Source of the DNA: Psammoneis japonica
Taxonomy: Eukaryota
Length of the DNA stretch: 64,000 nt
Direction: 5' to 3'
Assembly (NCBI GenBank): GCA_008632985.1
Contig: QPGO01000136.1
Location: forward strand, 62,001 to 126,000
A program made the translations under genes and the position numbers. The notes beneath the pieces are model-generated. The model searched no databases and was not told the origin of the DNA. It saw only the letters and a list, made by a program, of their open reading frames with translations. Within the stretch, counting starts at the first letter, position 1. Every line of letters starts with the position of its first letter. Positions 1-10,759 of the stretch are shown in pieces.

Positions 1-18
1 GAGACTGCATCAACAGTC

Positions 19-2325
19 ATGTGGTGTTCAAGAGCCTCATTGTCAAACAGCTTAAGGATCCGCCGAAAGGCTGCTTCACACGTTGGTGCTGTTTGCACTC
101 ACCCCGCCATCCGAGAGGCTTTACAACCAAGAACTTTTGTGGGGAGGCGAAGCCCGATAAACCAAGGACAACTTCGTGGTTTTACGAGTGGACAGCAAGT
201 CCTTACTAGAATACAAACAACTGGCTCCACTCATGATCCGCAAAATCAGCAAAAGAAGAGAAGTCGACGGAAAATGCCAACGTTGAAAAAACTGAACAGG
301 GTTTCTGATGTGCTCGGCATACACAAGTACAAAGAGACGAAAATGAGCCCTAAAAATATTTCACGTTGCTGGAGCCGTATTGCCACAATCGTATCTCGCA
401 ACGAGCAAGAGAGAGCAGAATTGCGACGAAGAAGTCGAGATGTCCAACTCTTACTGCAGCACACAATTCATGAAATCAAAGAATTTGGGGCCGACCCCCT
501 GTCGTTGTTGGTACACAGTCTCGCCAAAGTATCGATTAGATGCAGGTACAATATAGACAGAAAAGTATGGCGCGTTCTGGAACATAGAACGGTTGTTGTT
601 TTGGATGACGTTGACATGTCCCCGAGACGGATTTCCAACGTTGCTTGGGCATTTGCAAAGGTTCGGTATAGGTCGACGGCATTATTTGACAAAATTGCTC
701 AAGCATTAGTTCCGAAGATGAGCATGTTCAATCCACAAGACCTTTCCAATCTGGCTTTGGCATACGCAACTGCCGAACACTCAGCGCCACTACTCTTTGA
801 TGCAATAGCCGATGCATCTCTAGAACAGTTGGACAAATTCAATCCGCAGGACCTTTCAAACATTGCGTGGGCATTCGCAGCTGCCGGTCACACTTCTCCT
901 TTACTTTTTAACGCTATCGCCGACGCGTCGCGAGATCAGTTAGATGACTTTGCGCCACAGAATCTATCCATCATGGCGTGGGCGTTTGCCTCTGCCGGAC
1001 ATTCGGCGCCGACACTTTTCGGTGCCATTGCAGGCGCAGCACTGCCAGTGATACACAGCTTCAACCCGCAAGACCTTTCCAACATATTATGGGCATATGC
1101 AACCATCGGACAGCCGTCTCCTTTTCTCTTTGATGTCATTGCGAAAGCTGCGCTACCTCAATTGAATAGGTTCAACCCGCACAACCTAGCAAACATAGCA
1201 TGGGCATATGCAACCGTCGACCGCTCGGCACCGTGGCTATTTAATGCCATTGCCGAGTCTGCACTCCCAAGGATAGACAGTTTTGATCCTCAGGCACTTG
1301 CTAAAATGGCATGGGCTTGCGCTACGGTCAAGCACTCGGCACCGCCACTCTTCGATGGCATAGCTGGCGTGGCAATATCTAGATTGGACCATTTCAGCCC
1401 TCATGCCCTTTCCAATATGGCATGGGCATATGCTACTGCTCGACATTCAGCCCCGTTGCTCTTTGACGAAATGACCAAGACAGCAAGAGCAAGATTGGAC
1501 AGTTTCACCCCCCAAAACCTATCAATCATGGCATGGTCGTATGCTGCCGCGGGACATTCTGCGCCCTTGCTCTTTGACGCCATGGCTGATGCAGCGGTAT
1601 CTCGTTTGGATAGCTTCAGCCCACAAGATCTCTCACACTTATTGTTGTCCTTTGCAAATGCCGGACACTTGGTTCCGTCACTTTTCGATGCCACCGGCCA
1701 TGTAGTACTCTCGAAATTGGACGATTTCAATGCCCAAGAACTTTGTGATGTTCTTTGGGCGTTTGCCGTTTGTGACCATCCCTGTGAAAGTCTAATGAAC
1801 GATAATGGATCAAGCTTTACCAAAGCATTCAATGCAAACGACGCATTCCTTTCTTTGGATGCCTTGATTCGACTGCACCAAGTTCACCTGTGGTGTCTCG
1901 AACATGGCAGTAGTTCGCTACAGCTTGATTTCGAGTTACAAAAGAGGTGTCTAGATGCTTTTGTGGAACAAAGAGAAAAGCCATCCGAGTTGCAAAAGGA
2001 TGTCATCAAGACGCTTTCAGACCTTGGACTCGATCCAATAGAAGACGTTCAAACAGGATTTGGCTATACTTTGGATGCAGTTGTCAGGTATCGCGATCAA
2101 GACGTTGCCATTGAAGTGGATGTACCCCACCGCTTTCTTTCCAATCATTCACCGACGGGGTCTACGATTCTGAGACATCGCCAGCTCTCGATGTTAGAAA
2201 ATTATCGACTCTTGTCGGTGCCCTATTGGGAATGGCATCAAGTCGCCATGGAGGACTCAACTTCTGGTTGTGAAAAGCGAAAAACCTACTTGACGGAGAG
2301 GCTGGATGGCGTGGTTGAAAGTTAG
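19..2325 (+). CDS. Heptatricopeptide-repeat (HPR/OPR-like) RNA-binding protein with C-terminal RAP domain, probably organellar
   Basis: About 10 tandem 37-aa repeats (FNPQDLSNIAWAFA...LFDAIA). C-terminal RAP-type motifs AIEVD.P..F, TGST.LRHRQL and LLSVPYWEW. Basic N-terminal extension. Confidence 0.88.
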   Translation: MWCSRASLSNSLRIRRKAASHVGAVCTHPAIREALQPRTFVGRRSPINQGQLRGFTSGQQVLTRIQTTGSTHDPQNQQKKRSRRKMPTLKKLNRVSDVLGIHKYKETKMSPKNISRCWSRIATIVSRNEQERAELRRRSRDVQLLLQHTIHEIKEFGADPLSLLVHSLAKVSIRCRYNIDRKVWRVLEHRTVVVLDDVDMSPRRISNVAWAFAKVRYRSTALFDKIAQALVPKMSMFNPQDLSNLALAYATAEHSAPLLFDAIADASLEQLDKFNPQDLSNIAWAFAAAGHTSPLLFNAIADASRDQLDDFAPQNLSIMAWAFASAGHSAPTLFGAIAGAALPVIHSFNPQDLSNILWAYATIGQPSPFLFDVIAKAALPQLNRFNPHNLANIAWAYATVDRSAPWLFNAIAESALPRIDSFDPQALAKMAWACATVKHSAPPLFDGIAGVAISRLDHFSPHALSNMAWAYATARHSAPLLFDEMTKTARARLDSFTPQNLSIMAWSYAAAGHSAPLLFDAMADAAVSRLDSFSPQDLSHLLLSFANAGHLVPSLFDATGHVVLSKLDDFNAQELCDVLWAFAVCDHPCESLMNDNGSSFTKAFNANDAFLSLDALIRLHQVHLWCLEHGSSSLQLDFELQKRCLDAFVEQREKPSELQKDVIKTLSDLGLDPIEDVQTGFGYTLDAVVRYRDQDVAIEVDVPHRFLSNHSPTGSTILRHRQLSMLENYRLLSVPYWEWHQVAMEDSTSGCEKRKTYLTERLDGVVES

Positions 2326-2978
2326 GTCGTTAATGACAAAGGCTTGTCCATGAATGTAGTTTGTCTCTTTCAGATTTCAGCACTCTGACTCGAAAGAACC
2401 TATCATCAATGTTGCAACGGGTAGCCAAGTAATTAAGCCACTGAAGCATCGGGTGTAGTAGTTCTGCAATGATGTATGGCAGGCGACGTATATGTGACTC
2501 GTTTAAATACCGTAAAGCAGAAAATCAATCACAATTTTATACAAGTACAAACCAACCTCTCGTACTGTATGGAATCTCTGACCAATCTATCGCAGCGTGC
2601 ACCGTCACGTTTGAACCTCTCTGTACGTAACATGCACTATGTGCTCTACTAGAGTAATGGGTACGGCAGCTAGCTTACTGGTAGCAATAGTTGTACTATC
2701 CACTTAAATTATTAGTAATGACGCTATTTCTTGTCTGCAAGCCAACATCCTACTCTAGCTTTTCATTGTCACGAGTTATTCTTGACTTATCGTGCAGCAA
2801 TGATTCAAATAATTGTACAAAGGATTAACATAAGTTATACATGATCTACTCAAAGCGTCGAGTTTCGTTCTGCACTATCCACTGTATTTACCACTCTCGT
2901 GGCTAGCATAAAGGAGCAAAGCAATCGTCCTAACCTGGCATTATCTAACTGTAATGATTCTACACAATACTCTCTTTT

Positions 2979-3824
2979 TCAAAACATGTCAAAAGAAGGA
3001 ATTGCATCCTTGATGGGTGCCACAATGTTGGAATCGACGGCATTGGAAACAGAATCGGTCGCTCCCTTGATGGGTGCCACAAGGTTGGCATCGACGGCAC
3101 TGGACACCGAATCTGTCACATCCCGCACCGACGAATCCACAGCCTGTGTCACGGTATCCGTAGCACCTTGCGAATCAACCGCACTGGAAAGGGGCTCCAC
3201 TATATTCTGCGAGACGGAATCCGTCATGCTGTCCACATATGGGGCAGCCGCTGTGGATAATTTGTTTGTCGCGTCCTCGACATAGGGCGAAGCGGCTTGT
3301 GTGACTTTTTGCGATGCCGCCTCCACCACGGGTGCTGCCGCCTTGACACCCTCCACCACGGCCTTGCCCACGACGGGTGCTGCCACCTTGGCACCTTGAT
3401 AGGCGGCCCCCGCCACGGCTCCAGCCGCCGATCCCAAATTGTCCGCCACTTGACCCGCTTCTCGTGCCGCCTCGTGACTGAGTGCCGACACGAGGCTCAT
3501 GGTCAAATCCACAACCGCCATGGCGAGACTGTACGTGAAAAAGGCAGCCACCGCGACAAATCCAATCTTGATGAGAGCTTCCTTTAAAATTCCATCGTTG
3601 GGCGTAGATTCAGTTGTATTTGGAACAGACAGAGACGACGAGTCATTGTATTTATTATTATTGTCATTGTCGGACGACGCGGCAGAAAAGAAGACGAGAT
3701 TGTTTTTGGAAGAAGAAACTGCTGCTGCTGGCTTGATGGTTTGTATGGGTGCTACTACTGTAAAGGAATAAGCCACTTGGCTCGTGGCGAGCATGGCAAA
3801 GGATAAAACAGTGCTTAGCTTCAT
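2979..3824 (-). CDS. Putative plastid-targeted protein with a TM helix and amphipathic 11/22-aa repeats (LEA/apolipoprotein-like)
   Basis: Signal peptide MKLSTVLSFAMLATSQVAYS followed by F and a Ser-rich transit-like region. Hydrophobic segment. Repeated ATDSVS.AVD.N.VAPIK. Confidence 0.7.
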   Translation of the reverse strand: MKLSTVLSFAMLATSQVAYSFTVVAPIQTIKPAAAVSSSKNNLVFFSAASSDNDNNNKYNDSSSLSVPNTTESTPNDGILKEALIKIGFVAVAAFFTYSLAMAVVDLTMSLVSALSHEAAREAGQVADNLGSAAGAVAGAAYQGAKVAAPVVGKAVVEGVKAAAPVVEAASQKVTQAASPYVEDATNKLSTAAAPYVDSMTDSVSQNIVEPLSSAVDSQGATDTVTQAVDSSVRDVTDSVSSAVDANLVAPIKGATDSVSNAVDSNIVAPIKDAIPSFDMF

Positions 3825-4190
3825 CGTTGTTAACGGGTTTCTCATCATTGTCTTTCCCAGAAAAAATCTTACCTGATTTTTCTGAAAAAAGATATGACCG
3901 TAGAAATCAACGTAGTTTTCATACCAGAATTGCTTACGTCACGGATTGAGAATCTGTACAGCTCAGGCGCCGAGAAAAGATCAAGCGACAGGCTCAAGGC
4001 GATACGCGCGTTTTCGCGCGGTACAAATCAACGCATACTTTCCACGTCATTGCCCGCGATGCGATGAGCAAAAGCCGCGTCAACCAACACGCACAAAAAA
4101 AAAAATAGATCGGCCATGAGCAACAACAACAACAACAACAACAAGCAGCTATCGTATCTCTCGTATTACTCCAATCTCCTCCATCAAAAA

Positions 4191-5354
4191 ATGTCATCTC
4201 CCGAAAAACAACAAAAATGGGTCCGTGATCCGGTGGATAATTTTGAAAACATGAGTCTCACTCAATTTCATCACTACTCTGCACACCATTTGGAAATCTT
4301 GCGCGAATCCAAGTTGGGTCCAACGTCCAATAAGGATCCCACATGGGGTGATTCGGATACTCCACCGGGACCGTGTATACCACTCACGATTTATGGGACG
4401 TGCATGTTGTTACTGGCAGCAGGCGTTGGATTGGCCGTGGGTTGGACACAAGACAGTGTCGGATGGGGAATTGGTGCGGGCGTTATACTGTTGGTTGTGG
4501 CCTTTATCGCGGGCTTTGCTACGTTATTAACCTATCTCAAATGCTACGGCAAGGGCCTACAAGACCCACCCATGCCTACATGTGTCGAACGGGGTGGCTT
4601 TGTACGAAACATTCGTGCCAACATTGTGTGTCGGTACTTTATGACGTGCTTCTACAATGGCCATTGCGATGTGTGGGGTTGTATCATGAATGATGAAGCC
4701 AAAACGACTCTACAAAAAATTGAATCCATGAATGATGGGAATGGACCCGAACCGGGAAGTGTCTGTTGGTTGGGAGATTCGGAATTTACCTTTTGGCATT
4801 GTTTGGAGAGAGACATGAGTGGCTTTCATACGAACCATTTCAATGCCGGCTTTGGTGGAGCTCGTATTGTCGATCTACGACGCAATGTGCAACGGCTGTG
4901 TTTGGATTGGGATCCGTCGACAGTCATTGTGCATGCATCCGGCAATGATTATGATTACGACAATAATTTGACCGCCCGGGAAATTCCCGCCCGACTCCTC
5001 AAGTTGTTTGAAACGATTGCGTCACATGAATCCGTCAAGCGGATTGGATATTTGCTGTCATCACGACGACCCATTTATGCCGATGACAAGTGGGATTTCA
5101 TGGTGCGTGTTCATGCGTTGACTATAAAGGCTATTGAAGAATCATCTTTAAAGGGAAAAATCAAAGTGTTTGATATGCGAGCCAAAATTCATCCACTGGA
5201 TCACTTTGTCATGGATCGGGTACACTTGAGCGATGTCGGACATGCCGACAAGAGCAAAGTGCTACTGCCCAAACTACTCAAGGTTTGGCCCAATCCGGTT
5301 TCACCCGACGCGGGTGACGCTACCGACGAGAGTCTTGACATTATAGTCGAGTGA
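4191..5354 (+). CDS. Membrane-anchored SGNH/GDSL hydrolase
   Basis: SGNH blocks WLGDS, NAGFGG, SGND and DRVH. Two N-terminal TM helices. The ORF is open from 4116, but 4191 is the likelier start. Confidence 0.8.
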   Translation: MSSPEKQQKWVRDPVDNFENMSLTQFHHYSAHHLEILRESKLGPTSNKDPTWGDSDTPPGPCIPLTIYGTCMLLLAAGVGLAVGWTQDSVGWGIGAGVILLVVAFIAGFATLLTYLKCYGKGLQDPPMPTCVERGGFVRNIRANIVCRYFMTCFYNGHCDVWGCIMNDEAKTTLQKIESMNDGNGPEPGSVCWLGDSEFTFWHCLERDMSGFHTNHFNAGFGGARIVDLRRNVQRLCLDWDPSTVIVHASGNDYDYDNNLTAREIPARLLKLFETIASHESVKRIGYLLSSRRPIYADDKWDFMVRVHALTIKAIEESSLKGKIKVFDMRAKIHPLDHFVMDRVHLSDVGHADKSKVLLPKLLKVWPNPVSPDAGDATDESLDIIVE

Positions 5355-6206
5355 GACTGCAGTGTAGCTCTGGTTTTGGGGGGTAATTTATTGCCATTTT
5401 GCCGTCCAGTTTTGCTGGTCTTAGAGTTTTAGGATGAAATTATCGAGATTACAAAATTGAATGAAGAGTAGAGGCGGCGCAACTGACAAACAGGGCGCTC
5501 GCACTTTCAAGATGAGAAACAGACATGGAGGACCATAGTTGCGCAGTTTCACCAATACATCTACAGTTTTTAATAGTATTGTAGTGGTTGTGGACCATGT
5601 CTTTAACATGTGAGTGATGAGGTGAGGCGCGACTGACTGACACTCCCAGCCATGTGTCAGCAATTTTTATCAAGTCAACAAACAAAATAATCCACTGTGG
5701 TTGCATTTTCAAGTTATTGGAAAATAGTTCATGGCGTCAGTACGAACTTTCACCTTTCACTATGCCGCATGCTCTACTGTGCTAGAGAGTAGCTTTTGCT
5801 GGCAAGGGCAACATACCGTAAAGAGTGAGAGAGTCGTCACAAAGCCCAATCCATGCCGCACGAATGACAGCGAAGAAAGCGCGGACATTCTTGTGAAACA
5901 TGGTCATCTGTCCTTTGACATATCTAAGCTCACTTTTTGAAAAAGTAGAACGTCCTTTCTACTGAGAAACAATACGAAGAGTCATTTCCAATCGTGCTTT
6001 GTCGTCATGCAAATCGTAAAAACAGTGTGTCAATGGCCAAAAATAATGTGTCTACCCTTGTTTTTGTTCACGGTTCCACCATCCCCAAGAAACCACGTGT
6101 GCGAACGGGACTTAGTCCTCATTTTCTTTGTGCGTTCTCTGCATGACACCACTGCAGTCTCGCAAAAATCCATTTGCAAGACGCAAGACACATTTTTCTT
6201 TCTGAC

Positions 6207-7123
6207 ATGAGATTTGTTTTGCTGACGGCGTTTGCCATTTGCTGGAACGCCGTGTCTGGGCAAGCTCCCATTTGGCTAGATAATGACTCAACATTGTCGT
6301 TAGGCAGCTCCGTCCACCGTGAACTTGAGGAACAAGAAGTCGATTTGGGTGGGGACATGTATTATTATAATTTCACCACCTACGATAGAAGTAGAGAGGC
6401 ATATCTCTCGACCGAAACAATGGTGTGTATCGCATCTGTTTGGGTAACAACACGGAAGACTTGGTTGCAAAGTATATCGAGACTCAGACAAACAGCACAC
6501 AGGAATGGGGACGTGAAGTGAAAAAAGTGGCACACCGAACGGCAGAGAGGAGGGTAATCCTCAGGATTAAAGATGGAGAACAAGAATGGGAGGTGTGGAC
6601 CAATGGGCGGGGAAACAATATAGTGCTGAACCCAGTCGATGGTGAACCACCACCGTCACGTCCAACGCCGCCACCGGGAGGTTTGTAAGTTGTTCCTTTA
6701 AAAATACCTTCTCCGTTTTTTCTCTTGGCAGCTAGGACTAACTCTCCTCCTTCCATTACGTAACTTACTCGTAGAGGCGGATGGGTGCGACATTTGGAAG
6801 AAAAAGACATAGGTTCCGAGCGCTTTCTGTACGATGGCGCAGACGTTTCCACGGAAGCAATCGTTTCTCCGAGGAAGCGACGACGACGAAGAAGAAAAAG
6901 AATCAAGAGACGAACGTGGAGGGCATCTTATAGGATCACAAACAGGTGCCGACATTGTCCCGGAGATAACCTGGATGATGGAAGACGAGCACAAGCCAGG
7001 TCTCGAGGCCTCCAAAGCGACTTTGCCACTTGGATGAACATTACAGTTACTGAATTGATTAAGAGCACTTGCCCAGAAGCGAAAGAGAAGTTCAAAACAA
7101 CGATCTTTGCAGTTCTTGAATAA
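6207..7123 (+). CDS. Secreted protein of unknown function, paralog of 8021-9055 (frameshift/intron-split)
   Basis: Signal peptide MRFVLLTAFAICWNAVSG. Shares EAYL.TETM.CI, a poly-Arg tract, W.AS...C..C..D..D.RR and F..WMN.T with the downstream gene. Probable intron ~6681-6775. Confidence 0.6.
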
Positions 7124-8020
7124 CTCTTTTTCTTCTGGTTTGAGATCGGGATACTTTTCCAAGTGAATAATACGTTCACGCGAAGTATTTTGAGTCTTTT
7201 CATAAATGGACTAGCACAACGTGAGAACCGTCCCAGACTTAATTGTGCCAGCAAGCCGAGCGTTTATTGTTTTTGGTTCCCAAATTCACCGAAGGCGCTT
7301 TCTACTAGGTGGGGTATAGCCAACGCCGTTCCCCTATCATCCTCCGATTTCCTTGCATTCACTCTCAAGTGTTGTAATGCATCTGCATGCACTCTGCAGA
7401 GAAGCTAATTTGTTTCATACGATCGCGATCGACAGCGCAATACTCTAGCTAGAGAGGTGTTTGAGGTGATGTTGTAAATTTTCCTACTAGAGAGTTTCTA
7501 CCGGGACTCTGTCGCAGCTATCTATTAATAGCAGCTACTAGCTAGAGTACAACGAACAGGATCGAGGACCAAAAAAGGAAAAGTGGTGACTTGGACGGGG
7601 TGCGTGACAGTCAGTCATTGTACTGTATGTACCTACTATCCAAAAGTGTACACAATGAATAAAAATACGGTAATAGGGATATTATGACTATGTCTTTTTT
7701 CGAAAATCTGAAAGCCTCGTTCCCTTATGTATTGTCCGTTGTGCAGTCTTGGATGGACAAAACAGCTGTCAATAATGACCGTCTAAATAACGCGACAACG
7801 ATGAATGTACAGTGATTTGATACCAAGATGGGCTTATGTCTTTTGCATTTATGCAAAAGGTCATCTTTCTTATGCTCAGAAACCACTTTGCAGCAATGTT
7901 TCACCTCATTTTTTATTTTTTCCCGTTCGGCGTTTCATCCGGGGGAAAAGAGCCGAATTGAATCAGGGACAACGGGATAAGCGTCTCTCTCGGTGGCAAG
8001 AAACTAGAAGTCCTTCAAGA

Positions 8021-9055
8021 ATGAAATTCCTATGCAAGGTTCTGTTTCTTACCTTTTCGGCATTCTCATGTCAACTTGTTTCTGCGAGAGAGAACGAAAG
8101 CGATGGCTTTACTGTTGCTAATAGTGACAGTGAGAACGCCAAGAGTCTTGCTCATGAGAACGAAAGCTATGGCGTATCTGTTGCTGATAGTGACAGTGAG
8201 AACACCAAGAATCTTGCTCATGAGAACGAAAGCGATGGCGTAACTGTTGCTAATAGTGACAGTGAGAACGCCAAAGATCTTGCTCATTATCGATACAAGA
8301 TACACGTTGAGGACGAAAATGAAGAAGCATATCTGTACACGGAGACTATGGAGTGTATTTTGAAGAGTGTAGCAAAAGCTTGGAAGGAAGCAGTCACCGA
8401 GTTCTGGACCATGATGATGTACATGGACATGGAAAACAAAAGGATGGAGGAGAACCAGCTAGGTAACATGGATTTGGAAGGCAAAAGGATGGAGGAGAAC
8501 CAGCTAGCTACAGATGGTCTTTCCAAGGAATTACCATTTAAAGTTGGCCAGCTAAGGACTATTAGCCACGGTGACGACTTGAGGCGCATCACCTTGAATG
8601 TCACGGATGACGGCAATTTTGATATTTCCGTGTGGGAGAGGGGTTATGATAATGATGAGGAGGTGAAGGACTACAAAGACAGACGCAAACGAGGATCTGA
8701 CAGTGAAAGCGGAGCCGACAGTGAAAGCGACGAATCATCGCGTTCACGCCTTTTGCGCTCTGTACCAAGGGAATTGAGGAGGCGCCGAGGGAAGAGGAGG
8801 CGGAATTGGCAAGCCTCATGTCATGTGGAAGAGGAGTGTGGAGACTTCTGCACTGACGACGACGAGGATGGAGGCGGGGGCAGAAGACTCCTTTCTCTCG
8901 AAAGTACAAGAATCCGTAAAGAGTTCCAAGAGTGGATGAACGACACCCTTTTCTCACAGTTCACAAAGCTCTGCCAATATACAGAGGAAATGGACAAGGT
9001 AGAGAGGTCGCATTTCAAAGTCATTCCCCGTTGTGTTGACCAAGACTGCGATTAG
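8021..9055 (+). CDS. Secreted acidic/basic repeat protein of unknown function with RXL-like motifs
   Basis: Signal peptide MKFLCKVLFLTFSAFSCQLVSA. Three 22-aa repeats and two MD.E.KRMEENQL repeats. RLL/REL/RRL motifs. Confidence 0.72.
   Translation: MKFLCKVLFLTFSAFSCQLVSARENESDGFTVANSDSENAKSLAHENESYGVSVADSDSENTKNLAHENESDGVTVANSDSENAKDLAHYRYKIHVEDENEEAYLYTETMECILKSVAKAWKEAVTEFWTMMMYMDMENKRMEENQLGNMDLEGKRMEENQLATDGLSKELPFKVGQLRTISHGDDLRRITLNVTDDGNFDISVWERGYDNDEEVKDYKDRRKRGSDSESGADSESDESSRSRLLRSVPRELRRRRGKRRRNWQASCHVEEECGDFCTDDDEDGGGGRRLLSLESTRIRKEFQEWMNDTLFSQFTKLCQYTEEMDKVERSHFKVIPRCVDQDCD
8088..8287 (+). repeat. Three 66-bp coding tandem repeats (ENESDG.TVANSDSENAK.LAH)
   Basis: gagaacgaaagc...gtgacagtgagaac...tcttgctcat occurs three times. 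Confidence 0.9.
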
Positions 9056-9285
9056 GCTTGTATGGAACAGTAGAGGTTTGTATGGGTATTACATTTTACT
9101 AGGTACCGGCAGGGGCAGCGAATTCTAAAAAATACTATTTGCAGTTTCCATACGGTAGAATAGTCGACTTAGATCCTCCTTCGCAAATCATCCATGAGTT
9201 TCCAACAATTCACATGTAGATCTTGAACGGACACATCCCCATACGACAATATGCCCTGTGTGTCAAACCCTACGCTTTCATCGTT

Positions 9286-10140
9286 TCAGTGTTGTTTGAG
9301 TGGAACCTTGATGGTTCTCACGGTACAGTCGTCACTATCTCCACACTTTTGAGTGACACAGATCAGCAGGCAATCACCGACGCCAATCTCCCGTTCTGCC
9401 ACTGATTGATATGCGCGAATGACAATGTCGATGGCTTGTTCACACTTGCAATCCACAAAGGTCGGCACGACAAGAGGCAGCTTTCGCTTCACAAGTCCTA
9501 TATTGGATTCTTCTTTTTCTGTAGCAGTCGAGAAAAACATTCGATCCAAAATTGGTTGCAACAATTCTCGTCCCGTCCCCGACGTGGCCACGGCAACTTG
9601 TTCGTACGAACCAATAGCGTCGTATTGATACACCGCTCCTTGGCCTTCTTGAAGACCCGAAACAACGCAAAAACTGTAAAACGGAAAGGAACGCCGTCTG
9701 TACAGCGTTTGACTGAGCAGCGTGGCCACTTGAGCGCACGTCATGGTGGAGCCTTGATGATATGCAAAGGCAGAAGATTCGTGTTGAATGACTCTCTTTA
9801 GCGCTTCGCAATCGGCATTGCATCCGGACGATGCGATCCAAACTGGTAAAGACGATTTTTGTATTGTTGCTGTTTCAGAAGAAGAAGTATTCTCCAACAT
9901 GTTGGCAGTTGTTTGTTTTGCATGATTCGCGCACCACAAACGGCTAGATGTGTGTTGTCGGGTATAAATTTCGTATCCACCGTCCATGAGACGCGTGTCG
10001 GATGCGACGATGCAATAATCACGTCCCGCTACAGCCGACACGAGGCCACCATTCAACTGATAGGGTTCAAAGTCGCTCTTGCTAAACACTGTACGAGTGC
10101 ATGTAAATAGCAACAAGAAGAACAATAACGCTCTCATCAT
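9286..10140 (-). CDS. PSMB1: 20S proteasome subunit beta-6 (PSMB1/PRE7 family) with N-terminal signal peptide; likely the periplastid (symbiont-derived) form
   Basis: FEPY..NGG, ASDTRL, LY.RR.FPFY, YDAIGSYE and ERE.GVGD motifs. Preceded by hydrophobic MRALLFFLLLFTCTRTVFS. Confidence 0.85.
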   Translation of the reverse strand: MMRALLFFLLLFTCTRTVFSKSDFEPYQLNGGLVSAVAGRDYCIVASDTRLMDGGYEIYTRQHTSSRLWCANHAKQTTANMLENTSSSETATIQKSSLPVWIASSGCNADCEALKRVIQHESSAFAYHQGSTMTCAQVATLLSQTLYRRRSFPFYSFCVVSGLQEGQGAVYQYDAIGSYEQVAVATSGTGRELLQPILDRMFFSTATEKEESNIGLVKRKLPLVVPTFVDCKCEQAIDIVIRAYQSVAEREIGVGDCLLICVTQKCGDSDDCTVRTIKVPLKQH

Positions 10141-10194
10141 TACGTCTATTTGGTAAGAAGAAGTGTATTGTACTCGAGCTAGCTAGACGTTGAT

Positions 10195-10490
10195 GTGACA
10201 AGAGACAACAAACAACAAAACCAAGTGCACTGCCGCGGTGGGAGGTGGGCGACAGACGGACCATGATGCGCGTGTTTTAATAGTGATTCGTGATTCGGCA
10301 CATGTGTTTCAAACGACCCAAAGACGCACGAACCATTGCCACAGCACACGCACTCAGCATCCTTGCAACAAGCAACAGCACAATTGCAACACTCACACAC
10401 TTCATCCCTGCTGTTTTGCTGTTGGCACACCATGCAAATGAATCCCTTTTCACCTGTGTGCGCAACTCTTTGGTGTGTGCAGCAAGAAGG
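10195..10490 (+). pseudogene. Degenerate copy of the TMEM19 upstream region and first codons
   Basis: gtgattcggcacatgtgtttcaaa matches 21052 gtgattcggcatatgtgcttcaaa. MNPFSPVC here versus MDPFSPTC in the intact gene. Confidence 0.65.
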
Positions 10491-10759
10491 TCCTGGAGCA
10501 AAACAGCAGAGAGCCGAGAGAGGGGCGAGGAGGAGGAACGCAACCAGCCCCAGCAGGGCACAAAAGTCAGGGCCCTCATGCCCTGTCTCAGAGAAATGAC
10601 GCTTGGCAACCACAATCTGTGCCTGGGAAGAACCAATGTGATTTTTTCAAAGTTTTGTTTTTGACCAAATCAAAATGTTGTTTTTTCAAATTGTTGTCAT
10701 GGCGCTGCTCTCACTCTCATCCATGGTGCTCAAGCCAACAACAACCTGTCTGATTTGAT

